Assembly: GCA_016931915.1 (NCBI GenBank)
Contig: JAFGDU010000098.1
Location: 1,728-65,727, forward strand
From: Actinomycetota bacterium
Lineage (GTDB): Bacteria > Actinomycetota > Geothermincolia > Geothermincolales > RBG-13-55-18
Length of the DNA: 64,000 nt
Reading direction: 5' to 3'
Shown: positions 8,865 to 17,525 of the stretch, one piece after another
Layout of the letters: each line of letters opens with the position of its first letter
Numbering within the stretch: position 1 is the stretch's first letter
Program-made: the position numbers and the translations under genes
The notes under the pieces: generated by a model
Databases searched by the model: none
Told to the model about the DNA's origin: nothing
The model's input: the letters and a program-made list of their open reading frames with translations, nothing else

Positions 8865-10031
8865 TTGTCCGCAAGACATGACAGGGTCCTCGCAGCGCTG
8901 GAACTCAGGGAACCGGACCGCGTTCCCACCTTCGACCTCATGCTCGAATACGCTACCAACAACGCCATCCTGGGCAGGAAAGCCCATCCCCTGCACAGGC
9001 TGATCGCCGACGAGAGGGCTTCCGGGCTCCTGGACTGGTTCTTCTCCCGCGTCAAGAGCTTCTCCCTGTTCGACAGCGAGTTGAAGCGCTTCATGCATCT
9101 GGGCGCCGAGGCGGCAGAGAGAATGGGATACGATGCGGCCTGGCTCACCTTCTTCCCCGTGTTGCGCATGCGGGACTCCGGAACCATGCTGGACATGTAC
9201 GGACGCTTGAGCGATGTCGTCGTCGATGCCGGTGGCAACCTCGGCAATCCCATTTATCGCGAGGGCCTCATCACCAGCCCCGAAGCCTGGCACGCCTGGG
9301 ACAAGAAGCCCCTGCTCCGCCTCCCCGCGAAGGTCAACAAGGCTTTTTCCAGCCTGCATAAGAAATATGGAGATAAGATGTTCATCTTCGGATTCTGCTC
9401 CTACGGCCTCTTCGAGAACACCTGGCAGCCACTGGGATTCGAGCGCTTCGTGGTGGCCGCCCGCAGGGAGCGGGAGTTCCTGGAAAGCATGATAGGGTTC
9501 CACACCGATCTCTACTGCGTACTGGTGGAGGCGATGGCCGACACCGGGCTTCCCGCCATGGTCTATACCGACGACCTGGCGTACAAGTCTGGTCCCATGC
9601 TCAACCCGCGCCTAATCGAGGAGCTCTACGGTGACTCCTACCGGCGTATCGTGGAGACGGCACACTCCCAGGGGATGAAGATCATCATCCATTCCTGCGG
9701 TAACACCACGGCGCTGCTGGAATGGTTCGCAGACTGCGGTTTCGACGGCGTGCATCCCCTGGAGCCCACAGCCGGAATGGACCTGGCGACGGCCAAGGAG
9801 ATAGTGGGAGAGCGCATGTGCCTGATAGGAAACATCGATATAACCCACATCCTGGTGGATGCGAGCAGGGACGAGGTCTTCGCGGCGGTGCGACAGGCCA
9901 TCGCCGACGCGGGAAAGGGAGGAGGGTTTATCCTGGCCCCCGATCACTCCCATCCCGACATCTCGGTGGAAAGGTTGCGCTGGATGGTGGAGGCAGCGGA
10001 GGAATACGGCAGCTATCCCCTCACCCCGTGA
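8865..10031 (+). CDS. uroporphyrinogen decarboxylase (URO-D) family protein / MtaA-like methyltransferase
   Basis: 388 aa. TTG start 8 nt after GGAGGTG. URO-D-like blocks (RVPTFDLM, IIIHSCGN, DGVHPLEP, FILAPDH). Confidence 0.7.
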   Translation: MSARHDRVLAALELREPDRVPTFDLMLEYATNNAILGRKAHPLHRLIADERASGLLDWFFSRVKSFSLFDSELKRFMHLGAEAAERMGYDAAWLTFFPVLRMRDSGTMLDMYGRLSDVVVDAGGNLGNPIYREGLITSPEAWHAWDKKPLLRLPAKVNKAFSSLHKKYGDKMFIFGFCSYGLFENTWQPLGFERFVVAARREREFLESMIGFHTDLYCVLVEAMADTGLPAMVYTDDLAYKSGPMLNPRLIEELYGDSYRRIVETAHSQGMKIIIHSCGNTTALLEWFADCGFDGVHPLEPTAGMDLATAKEIVGERMCLIGNIDITHILVDASRDEVFAAVRQAIADAGKGGGFILAPDHSHPDISVERLRWMVEAAEEYGSYPLTP

Positions 10032-10106
10032 GCGGCTCCCGGTCAGCCCTTAGGGCGCACGCTTTTTTATCGCTCGTGGTAAATACGGCACGTATGATGT
10101 CGCGTT

Positions 10107-10430
10107 TCAAAACCTCGCTCCCGCCAGCCGCCTCGGGATGTCCGGATCGACCAGGGCTATCTTCTTTCCCTTGTAGGTGAAGATTATGCGCGTCCCCTCC
10201 GCCAGTTCCATGGCGAATTCCCTACGGTGCCGGTCGACGTAGGATATACTCCTTACCACCGCGTCAGCGGGTGTCCTCGACTTTTCCGTAAGCGGCTTGA
10301 TCAAAGCCACCGGCCTCCCGCGGCTGGTCAGAAGCAGCTTGTCCCCTTTGAAGAGATGGTCGCGGATCTCCAGGGTGCGGTAATGCAGGTCGTTCATCTT
10401 GACGATGATGACCCTTTCTCCGGAAACCAT
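10107..10430 (-). CDS. hypothetical protein with Phd/YefM-antitoxin-like motifs
   Basis: 107 aa. GDKLLLTSRGRPVALIKPL and GTRIIFTYKGKKIALVDPD resemble the strand-turn-strand of prevent-host-death antitoxins. No toxin gene adjacent. Confidence 0.4.
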   Translation of the reverse strand: MVSGERVIIVKMNDLHYRTLEIRDHLFKGDKLLLTSRGRPVALIKPLTEKSRTPADAVVRSISYVDRHRREFAMELAEGTRIIFTYKGKKIALVDPDIPRRLAGARF

Positions 10431-10530
10431 GGCCAGTCCAACCTCCAGTTATTATCAGATAACCTTGCCGGCGTTACCGGCACGCAACCATACCCGAACA
10501 TTCTATCATCCTCGCCAACGTCGTGAAGCG

Positions 10531-10550
10531 AACTTACCATAACTTACCAT
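10531..10550. repeat. perfect tandem 10-mer AACTTACCAT x2
   Basis: Read directly, about 130 nt upstream of the acyl-CoA dehydrogenase start. Confidence 0.7.
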
Positions 10551-10681
10551 GTAGGTTGCCGAAACAAGCACGCAGATGGAATTCTCACCAGGGCTGGAAA
10601 GCGTCAGCCCTTGGTGCGCTTACCACGTCAGCAGGTAAAATGGATAAGGAACGGTGCGAGGTTGTAAAAGGAGAGCGCCTC

Positions 10682-11815
10682 ATGGGAAACGGAGCAGACG
10701 ATATTCACACTATGCTGCGGGGGGAAGTCCATGCTTGCGTACGCAGGGGGATGCGCTCGCTGAGCTCGTATGAGGCCATGGACCCCGCAAGTATGCGCGA
10801 GAGGCTCGGCGTCATGGCCGGCGCCGGCTACCTGGGCATCCTGGTGCCCACCATGGCAGGTGGTGAGGGAGGGGGCTGGCAGGAGGCGGCGATCGTCGTG
10901 GAGGAGACGGCCCGGGCGCAGCCCGTGCTGGCGCTGATGCTCTCATCCCATCTCTCCTGCTGCCACGGCATCATGCTCTGGGCCCCTTCCGAGCAGGCAG
11001 AACGGTTTCTCCCACCCCTTGCCGCCGGCGCCGTCCTGGGTGGCGTGGCGATAACCGAGCCCGAAGCGGGGAGCGATTACGACGCGGTGCAGACCCGGAT
11101 GGAGAGAAGCGGCGGGGACGTGGTGGTCAACGGCAACAAGTGTTTCGTTACCAACACGGGACCGGGTTTTGAAAGCGGCATCCTCGCCGTCATCAGGGGA
11201 GAAACGGGACTGGCCTCCATGTATATCCCCGCAGACACACCGGGATTCCACCTCGTGCACCATTACCGCTTCGCCGGCTGGGACAATCTCCCCAACCACG
11301 CGGTGCTGCTGCAGGACTGCAAGGTCGGCGGCGGCAACCTGCTCTGCGACGGTCTGAGCCGCGATGACCTGCGGCCGTTCCTCGCAGGGGGTAGACTGCT
11401 CACGGTCGCGGTCGCGGCCGGAATGTCATGGGCCTGCCTGGAGGAAGCCTCGAGCTACGGTAAGGAAAGAAATCAGGGGGGCAGAAAGATCGTCGAGCAC
11501 CAGGCCGTATACTTCCGCCTGGCTGACATGGCTACCTCCATCGCATCGATGCATACCTGCCTGCTCCAGGCAGCCGCGTGCATGGACTCCGGCGGGTCAT
11601 GCCTGCGGGAGATAAACATGCTCAAGCTCTTCAGCACGAGCCGGCTGGAGGAGATCGCGTCGTCTGCGCTGGAGACGGCCGGAGCCTACGGCTACACGGC
11701 GGACAGCAGGCTCTCCAGCCTCTACCGTGACGCTAAGGGGCTGCAGCTGCACTGGGGGTCGCGGGATCTCATGCGCATGGAGATAGCGGCCGATCTGGGG
11801 CTGGAAACCGCCTGA
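10682..11815 (+). CDS. acyl-CoA dehydrogenase family protein
   Basis: ATG 10682 after AAAGGAGAG (track ORF open from 10523). ACAD-like blocks (AITEPEAGSDYD, NGNKCFVTN, C-terminal YRDAKGLQL). Confidence 0.85.
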   Translation: MGNGADDIHTMLRGEVHACVRRGMRSLSSYEAMDPASMRERLGVMAGAGYLGILVPTMAGGEGGGWQEAAIVVEETARAQPVLALMLSSHLSCCHGIMLWAPSEQAERFLPPLAAGAVLGGVAITEPEAGSDYDAVQTRMERSGGDVVVNGNKCFVTNTGPGFESGILAVIRGETGLASMYIPADTPGFHLVHHYRFAGWDNLPNHAVLLQDCKVGGGNLLCDGLSRDDLRPFLAGGRLLTVAVAAGMSWACLEEASSYGKERNQGGRKIVEHQAVYFRLADMATSIASMHTCLLQAAACMDSGGSCLREINMLKLFSTSRLEEIASSALETAGAYGYTADSRLSSLYRDAKGLQLHWGSRDLMRMEIAADLGLETA

Positions 11816-11827
11816 AGCGGAATATCA

Positions 11828-12259
11828 CTACGCTTCCTCGCCTGTGGCCTCGCACTCCTGTGGGCATCCCTCGGTGCGCCTGGAATGATGGACCAGCTGC
11901 GGGTAGTCCTTCAAGCCATCCTTGAGGTAGGCATCGACCGCCTCCTCGACACTGGAGAGCGTGGTGATGATGGGCAGGACGTCCCGCCTCAAGAACCCGA
12001 CGTAGGCGTTCTCGCCCATACCCGAGGTTATTATCACCCTTACGTCCGGAAGCATGCCCTCGATCAGATCCCAACAATCGGTGTGGCTCTCCTCCATGGA
12101 ACGCAGATATCCCTTGGCATTCTCGCGCAGCTCCCTGTCGGTGATCCTGCCTTTGTTTATGGTGCATACGAGGAAATACGGCGACAAACCGAAATGAGAG
12201 GCGATGACCTCGCCGTCGACGGTCGCAATGGCTACTTTATGTTCCTGCTGAAGCGGCAT
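11828..12259 (-). CDS. NifB/NifX-like (dinitrogenase Fe-Mo cofactor biosynthesis domain) protein
   Basis: 143 aa. KVAIATVDGEVIASHFG...YFLV...ITSGMGENAY pattern typical of NifX/NifB C-terminal-like proteins. Divergent to a DUF134 gene, a pairing I remember as common. Confidence 0.55.
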   Translation of the reverse strand: MPLQQEHKVAIATVDGEVIASHFGLSPYFLVCTINKGRITDRELRENAKGYLRSMEESHTDCWDLIEGMLPDVRVIITSGMGENAYVGFLRRDVLPIITTLSSVEEAVDAYLKDGLKDYPQLVHHSRRTEGCPQECEATGEEA

Positions 12260-12620
12260 TTCCCGTCCTCCTCCTGTTCCCCTGCAACCTCCGCCACTTT
12301 GGCTCCAGCCAGAGGTAAAGACCCGTGCACGCGGAGAGCAGGCTGAACGTTATATGCAACTTCCTCCACGTCTTTTTTCTTATCATCTTCTTTCTCTGCA
12401 TGATGAATCCTCGCCTGGTTATTATTATACATATGCTATTTATTATACTACCCCATGTTGCCCCCCGGTTCAAGGGCACGTGCGCAAGGGTCGAAACCTT
12501 TGATGACGGATTCAGCGTGATTCTCCGGAATGGGAGAAATAGTACCAAAGGTCGGCTAGAATATAGATATGTCAGGCATATTCCGAGGCCTGACCCCAGT
12601 GCCCTGTAAGGGAGGAAGAG

Positions 12621-13025
12621 TTGCCCAGACCGGTCAAACCCAAGCTCGTGCAGGAAGCGCCCAGGGCGGCGTACTTCAAACCACGCGGCATTCCCATCAA
12701 CCAGCTGAAAGAGATCATCCTGAAGATCGAGGAACTGGAGGCATTGCGCCTTGTGGACCTGGAAGGGATGTACCAGGAAGACGCAGCAAAGGAGATGGGG
12801 ATATCGCGCCAGACCATCCAACGCATGCTGGGCGAAGCAAGGGCAAAGGTGATCGACGCCCTCTTCGCCGGCAAAGCCCTGCGCATCGAGGGCGGCAGCT
12901 ACATCCTGCAGGAGGGCACGGGGAGGTACCGTTGCGGCAGGTGCGGCGACACCGTCCCGGCCGAGTACGGCCGCAGGCGGCAGGGCTGGAAATGCCCCAC
13001 CTGCGACGAGAAGGGCGAGGAGTGA
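12621..13025 (+). CDS. DUF134 (UPF0251) family putative DNA-binding protein with C-terminal zinc ribbon
   Basis: TTG start after GGAGGAAGAG. MPRPVKPK...YFKPRGIP...EELEALRLVDLEGMYQEDAAKEMGISRQT, then CGRCGD...CPTCDE. Confidence 0.7.
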   Translation: MPRPVKPKLVQEAPRAAYFKPRGIPINQLKEIILKIEELEALRLVDLEGMYQEDAAKEMGISRQTIQRMLGEARAKVIDALFAGKALRIEGGSYILQEGTGRYRCGRCGDTVPAEYGRRRQGWKCPTCDEKGEE

Positions 13026-13097
13026 CCGGCTCCCGGGCCGCGCTCAGCCGCCACCGGATTCCACTCCACGAACGCGAGAGCAAGCCAGGATGGGAGT

Positions 13098-13955
13098 ATG
13101 GGCGAATACCGCAACCTCGACTGGCGCGATATCGCGCCCCTGATACCCAGGAGCGATGACTACGCCTGGAAGCTCTACGAGAGCGACCCGATCAGAAGAC
13201 CTTATATCCTCGAGGCCATCGAGTTCCTGCAGCTCCCTGAGGGAAGCCGCGGCCTTGACGCGGGTTGCGGCATCGGCCTGCAGACCATGCTCCTGGCCGA
13301 CGCAGTCGGTCCGGACGGGCACGTGACCGGCCTGGACATATCGCAGGGCTTTCTCGCCCGCGGCAAGGACGTAGCCGGGAAGGCCGGGTACGGGCGGGAG
13401 ATCGATTTCAAGCATGGGGACATCTACGGTATCCCCTTCGAGGACGGCACCTTCGACTGGATATGGAGCGCTGACTGCGCCGGCTACCAGACGCGCAAGC
13501 CGGTGCCTCTCATCAGGGAACTGGCCCGGGTGGTCAAACCGGGTGGCATGGTCTCCATACTGGTCTGGTCCTCCCAGCAGCTGCTTCCGGGGTATCCCCT
13601 TCTGGAGGCTCACCTCAACGCGACCGCCTCCGGGATCGCCCCGTTCACCAGTGGCATGGCCCCGGAGATGCATTACCTGCGCGCCCTGGGCTGGCTCGAA
13701 TCCGCCGGGCTGGAGCAGCCCCTCGCCCACTCCTTGGTGGGTGAGTTCCAGGCCCCCCTGGAGGAGGCGGTGCGCGCGGCCCTGCTGGCCCTCATAGAGA
13801 TGCGCTGGCCGGACGTAAGGTCCGACCTGCCACCCGAGGAATGGGAGCTCTTCGAGCGGCTCACCCGCCCCGGGTCGCCGCAGCTTATCCTGGATGTTCC
13901 GGGATACTACGCCTTCTTCACCGAGACCCTCTTCTGCGGCAGGGTACCAGCTTGA
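13098..13955 (+). CDS. class I SAM-dependent methyltransferase
   Basis: Motif I LDAGCGIGLQT, post-I GLDIS, motif II-like DWIWS. 285 aa. Confidence 0.8.
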   Translation: MGEYRNLDWRDIAPLIPRSDDYAWKLYESDPIRRPYILEAIEFLQLPEGSRGLDAGCGIGLQTMLLADAVGPDGHVTGLDISQGFLARGKDVAGKAGYGREIDFKHGDIYGIPFEDGTFDWIWSADCAGYQTRKPVPLIRELARVVKPGGMVSILVWSSQQLLPGYPLLEAHLNATASGIAPFTSGMAPEMHYLRALGWLESAGLEQPLAHSLVGEFQAPLEEAVRAALLALIEMRWPDVRSDLPPEEWELFERLTRPGSPQLILDVPGYYAFFTETLFCGRVPA

Positions 13956-13961
13956 GAGCGC

Positions 13962-15638
13962 TCAAGCACCTTCCTGCTCGAGTTTGAAGGCCTCCACGAA
14001 CATCACCGTGGCCGGGCTGGTCACCGTGGGGTCGGTGATCACGTTCACGCATGCCGGACCCCCGCACTCCAGCGCCCGCTTGATGGCCGGAAGGATGTCC
14101 TCGTCCTTGTCCACGAACTCTGAATAGCCGCCGAAGGCCTCCATGACCTTCTCGTAGTGGATGACCCCCAGCTCGGTACCGCACACGCGGCACTCCTCGT
14201 AGTACAGCTCCTGGTGGTGCTTGACCATTCCCCACGCCTGGTCGTTGCAGATCACGGCCACGATGGGTGCCCCGTGGCGGCAGGACGTCTCCATCTCCAT
14301 GGCATTGAGGCCGAAGGAGCCGTCTCCGGTCATGAGGACGACGGTCTTGTCCGGGCGGGCCAGCTTGGCCCCGATGGCGAAGGGCACGCCGGTACCCAGG
14401 CAACCGAAGAGGGTCCCGCTGCCGATGACCCCGGACATCTCCTTCGCGCGCAGCCCTATCATGCCGAAGTAGAGGGTGTCTCCACCGTCGAGGATGAAGA
14501 TGGCGTCGTCGCCGGTAGCCTCCCGCAAGGCAGTGGTGATGCGGAAGGGATGGATGGGGGCGGCGGGAGTCTGCATGGCATCCTTCTCCCCCGCGGTGAG
14601 GGCAGCGAAGGTATTCTTCAAGGTGTCCATCCATGCCCCGCGGTCCTTCTCCTCGATACCACGGTTCAGCATACGCAGCGCCACGCTGGCGTCTCCCACC
14701 AGCGCGACGTCGGCCGCGCGGTTGCGGTCCACCTCGGTGGGATCGATGTCCACGCGAATCACCTTGGCGTTTACGAGGGGGTCCCCGAAATTGAGCACCC
14801 AGTTGAACCTTATGCCCACGGCCAGGACGACGTCGGCCATGGAGGTGGCCGCCAGCACGCCCATGAGGCCCCCGTCCCAGATGGACAGGGGGTGCTCGTC
14901 GGGGATTGCGCCGCGACCGTTGTCGAAGAGCAGGGTGGGGATGCCGGCCTTCTCTATGAGTTCCTTGACCTCGGCGGCACATCCGCTGTGTGCCACTCCG
15001 CTTCCCCCGATGAATAGCGGCCTCTCCGCGCCGTTCAGCAACTCCACGGCCTGTGCGACCGCATCCTCATCCGGGGCCACGGGATACTTGGTGGCAGCCT
15101 TGGCCGGGTAGCTTATCTCCTCCTCCTCCACGGCCAGGTAGAGGGCCTCGGGCGTGATCTCCAGGAAGACGGGACCGGGGCGGCCGGTGACGGCCTGGCG
15201 GAAGGCCATATCGAGGTACTCGGGGATCCTGTGCGCCTCGCGACATCTCCCCGCCCACTTGACCACCGGCTTTACCATGCTCTGCTGGTCCATATCCTGC
15301 AGGGCGCCCTTGTCCAGGTCGCGCAGGGCTACCATGCCGCTGATGACGACGACGGGGACGTTCTCCATATAGGCAGCGACCACACCGGTGAGGGAATTGG
15401 TGAACCCGGGACCGGCGGTGACCAGGCATACCCCGGGCTTGCCCTTGAAGATAGACCAGGAATGGGCCATCATCACCGCGGCCTGCTCGTGGCGCACGTC
15501 GATGATCCTGACGCCCAAGTCCAGGCAACCGTCGAAGATGGGGGCGATATGCCCGCCCGAGAGGGCGAATATGGTGTCTATGCCCTCGACGTTCTTCAGG
15601 TATTCCGCTACGATATGTCCTCCGTGCACCTCAGCCAT
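13962..15638 (-). CDS. thiamine-diphosphate-dependent enzyme (acetolactate synthase large subunit / oxalyl-CoA decarboxylase-like)
   Basis: 558 aa. N-terminal TPP-Pyr domain (GGHIAPIFD, TAGPGFTN) and C-terminal GDGSFGLNAMEMET TPP-binding motif. Confidence 0.85.
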   Translation of the reverse strand: MAEVHGGHIVAEYLKNVEGIDTIFALSGGHIAPIFDGCLDLGVRIIDVRHEQAAVMMAHSWSIFKGKPGVCLVTAGPGFTNSLTGVVAAYMENVPVVVISGMVALRDLDKGALQDMDQQSMVKPVVKWAGRCREAHRIPEYLDMAFRQAVTGRPGPVFLEITPEALYLAVEEEEISYPAKAATKYPVAPDEDAVAQAVELLNGAERPLFIGGSGVAHSGCAAEVKELIEKAGIPTLLFDNGRGAIPDEHPLSIWDGGLMGVLAATSMADVVLAVGIRFNWVLNFGDPLVNAKVIRVDIDPTEVDRNRAADVALVGDASVALRMLNRGIEEKDRGAWMDTLKNTFAALTAGEKDAMQTPAAPIHPFRITTALREATGDDAIFILDGGDTLYFGMIGLRAKEMSGVIGSGTLFGCLGTGVPFAIGAKLARPDKTVVLMTGDGSFGLNAMEMETSCRHGAPIVAVICNDQAWGMVKHHQELYYEECRVCGTELGVIHYEKVMEAFGGYSEFVDKDEDILPAIKRALECGGPACVNVITDPTVTSPATVMFVEAFKLEQEGA

Positions 15639-15777
15639 TGGTCATACCTCCCTCTTGATTAAAGCCTCTTCTCATTGACGAATGTACACGTGCCAGGCCA
15701 GGCCCGGCACGGCCGGGACTGGCGCTGGGACACCGCCGCATTCCGAGCTTATCCATCCAAACGCAACACTCAATCGA

Positions 15778-15855
15778 GGTTGCCGCATCGCTACACTCCT
15801 CGCAATCTGACTTCTCGCTGCACGAGCAGTCAGACTTTCGCGATGCATTCACGCG
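15778..15855. repeat. imperfect palindrome related to the 3991-4082 element, directly after the epimerase stop codon
   Basis: The reverse complement contains gtcagattgcgaggagtgtagcgatgcggcaacc, which shares ATTGCGAGGAGT plus further matches with the 3991 element. Arms cctcgcaatctgac / gtcagactttcgcga can pair. Confidence 0.4.
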
Positions 15856-16832
15856 TTTAAGCAATATTCCTTTTGGACCCATTCTTCGATGACGGCCTTT
15901 GCATCCTCCCAGGGAACCCTGGTCCTCCAGCCCAGCTCCTCCTTGGCGCGGCGGTTGCTGACGTCGAGATCCCTTCCCAGAACCCCCACCCCCAGGGCGG
16001 TGATGGGCGGACGTACCTTGAACGGCAAAATGGCGGTCTGCACCATCCAGGACAACCTCCATGCGAGTTTAAAGGGGAGCGAACCGAGGGGCTTCTTGCC
16101 GATGAGACCTCCCAACCATTTTTCGTATTCCCCCCAGGTGATCTCGTAATCGTCCCGGATATTGTATGTCCTGCCACGGGCCGCATCGCTCTCCATGGCC
16201 ATGATGATCCCGTCCACAAGGTTCTCCACGAAGACCAGGCTGGCGCTCCACCGCCCGCCGTCCATTAGCGGCAGCGGCCCCTTTCTCATGAGGTCCAGGA
16301 CCTCCCTCACCCACACGCTCCCCGGCCCGGTGACGTTGGAGGGCCGGATGACGGTGGTGTCCATAAGTTTCCGGGCCATATACGTACTGACGATCTGCTC
16401 CGCCTCGGCCTTGGCGTCACCGTAGTGGATGCCCGTCTTCACCAGGGGCGTATTCTCGTCGAAGTCCCTCATGTGTACGCCCAAGCCGTAGGCCGCCACC
16501 GAACTCAGGTAGACGAAGCGCTCGACCTTGCCCGCGCATTCCTCGAGGATATTGCGGGTTCCGTCCACCCCGATGGAGAAGAACTGCTTCTTGGTGCCCC
16601 AGTCGATGGTGCGGTTGGCGGTGTGGATGGCTTTCTCGCATCCCTCGGCCGCGCCCCGGATGCTGGAGGGTTCGGTGAGATCGCCCCGGAAGACCTCCAT
16701 ACCCGCCGCCTCCAACCCGCGGTCCGCCTCCCCTGGCATGAGCAGGCCCCTCACTTCGTCCCCGCGCTCGAGCAGTCTCCGGGTAAGATGCGAACCGATG
16801 AATCCCGCGGCCCCAGTGATCAAGACCCTCAT
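15849..16832 (-). CDS. NAD-dependent epimerase/dehydratase (SDR family)
   Basis: MRVLITGAAGFIGSHL Rossmann motif. ATG 16832 after GGGAGGGG (track ORF open to 16856). Confidence 0.85.
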   Translation of the reverse strand: MRVLITGAAGFIGSHLTRRLLERGDEVRGLLMPGEADRGLEAAGMEVFRGDLTEPSSIRGAAEGCEKAIHTANRTIDWGTKKQFFSIGVDGTRNILEECAGKVERFVYLSSVAAYGLGVHMRDFDENTPLVKTGIHYGDAKAEAEQIVSTYMARKLMDTTVIRPSNVTGPGSVWVREVLDLMRKGPLPLMDGGRWSASLVFVENLVDGIIMAMESDAARGRTYNIRDDYEITWGEYEKWLGGLIGKKPLGSLPFKLAWRLSWMVQTAILPFKVRPPITALGVGVLGRDLDVSNRRAKEELGWRTRVPWEDAKAVIEEWVQKEYCLNA

Positions 16833-17033
16833 GGCTATCCCCTCCCATACGAACAACCGTGGCGCTCCCCTGACACCGGCGCCAGGTATATCGATTATAT
16901 CCCGAACGCATAAGGCCCGAAACCACCCCGAGATGGGCTTTCACGCTCAAAAGGGGGTTCCCCACAGAGCCCCGGTTGATTAAGATGTATGCTGAAACGG
17001 CAGGCGCGGGGGCAGCACGGAAACGAGAGGATA

Positions 17034-17525
17034 ATGGAGACCGACCTGAAGAAGATAAAGAAAAAGGCAACGGCGCGCGAGGAGGAAGTCGATGCTTTCC
17101 TCGAGTGGTTGAAAATATCGCGGGTCTCCCAGCGCAAACTTGACGCTCGCCTGAAGAAACTGATGCGCGGGATCATGCCCGAATTCGACTGCACCAGGTG
17201 CGCGGCATGCTGCAAGGAGGCTTACGTGGTGCTCGAGACCGACGACATCGCGCGCCTCGCCGAAGCCCTGGACATGAAACGCTCCAAGTTCCGGGCCAAG
17301 TACGTCACCAGGAACGAGGACGGCGACGTGTGTCTTAACAAGCGGCCCTGCCCCTTTTTAAAAGACGACCTGTGCACCGTGTACGAAGCACGCCCCGACT
17401 CCTGCCGCGAATACCCCTTCTCCCTCGCGGTGGACAGCAAGGAGAAGATGGACAACATCAGCGCCAACTACACGGTCTGCCCTGTGCTCTTCCATACCCT
17501 GGAGCAACTGCGAGACTTCATCTAA
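17034..17525 (+). CDS. YkgJ-family (CxxCxxCC) cysteine-cluster protein
   Basis: FDCTRCAACC...CPFL...CTVYEARPDSCREYP pattern. ATG 17034 after GAGAGG. Confidence 0.65.
   Translation: METDLKKIKKKATAREEEVDAFLEWLKISRVSQRKLDARLKKLMRGIMPEFDCTRCAACCKEAYVVLETDDIARLAEALDMKRSKFRAKYVTRNEDGDVCLNKRPCPFLKDDLCTVYEARPDSCREYPFSLAVDSKEKMDNISANYTVCPVLFHTLEQLRDFI

Noticed and set aside
12232-12432. 66-aa acidic minus-strand ORF in the 360-bp AT-rich divergent region between the NifX-like and DUF134 genes
   Set aside because: It overlaps the NifX-like start, has no RBS, and lies in what looks like shared promoter DNA. There is insufficient support to call a gene.
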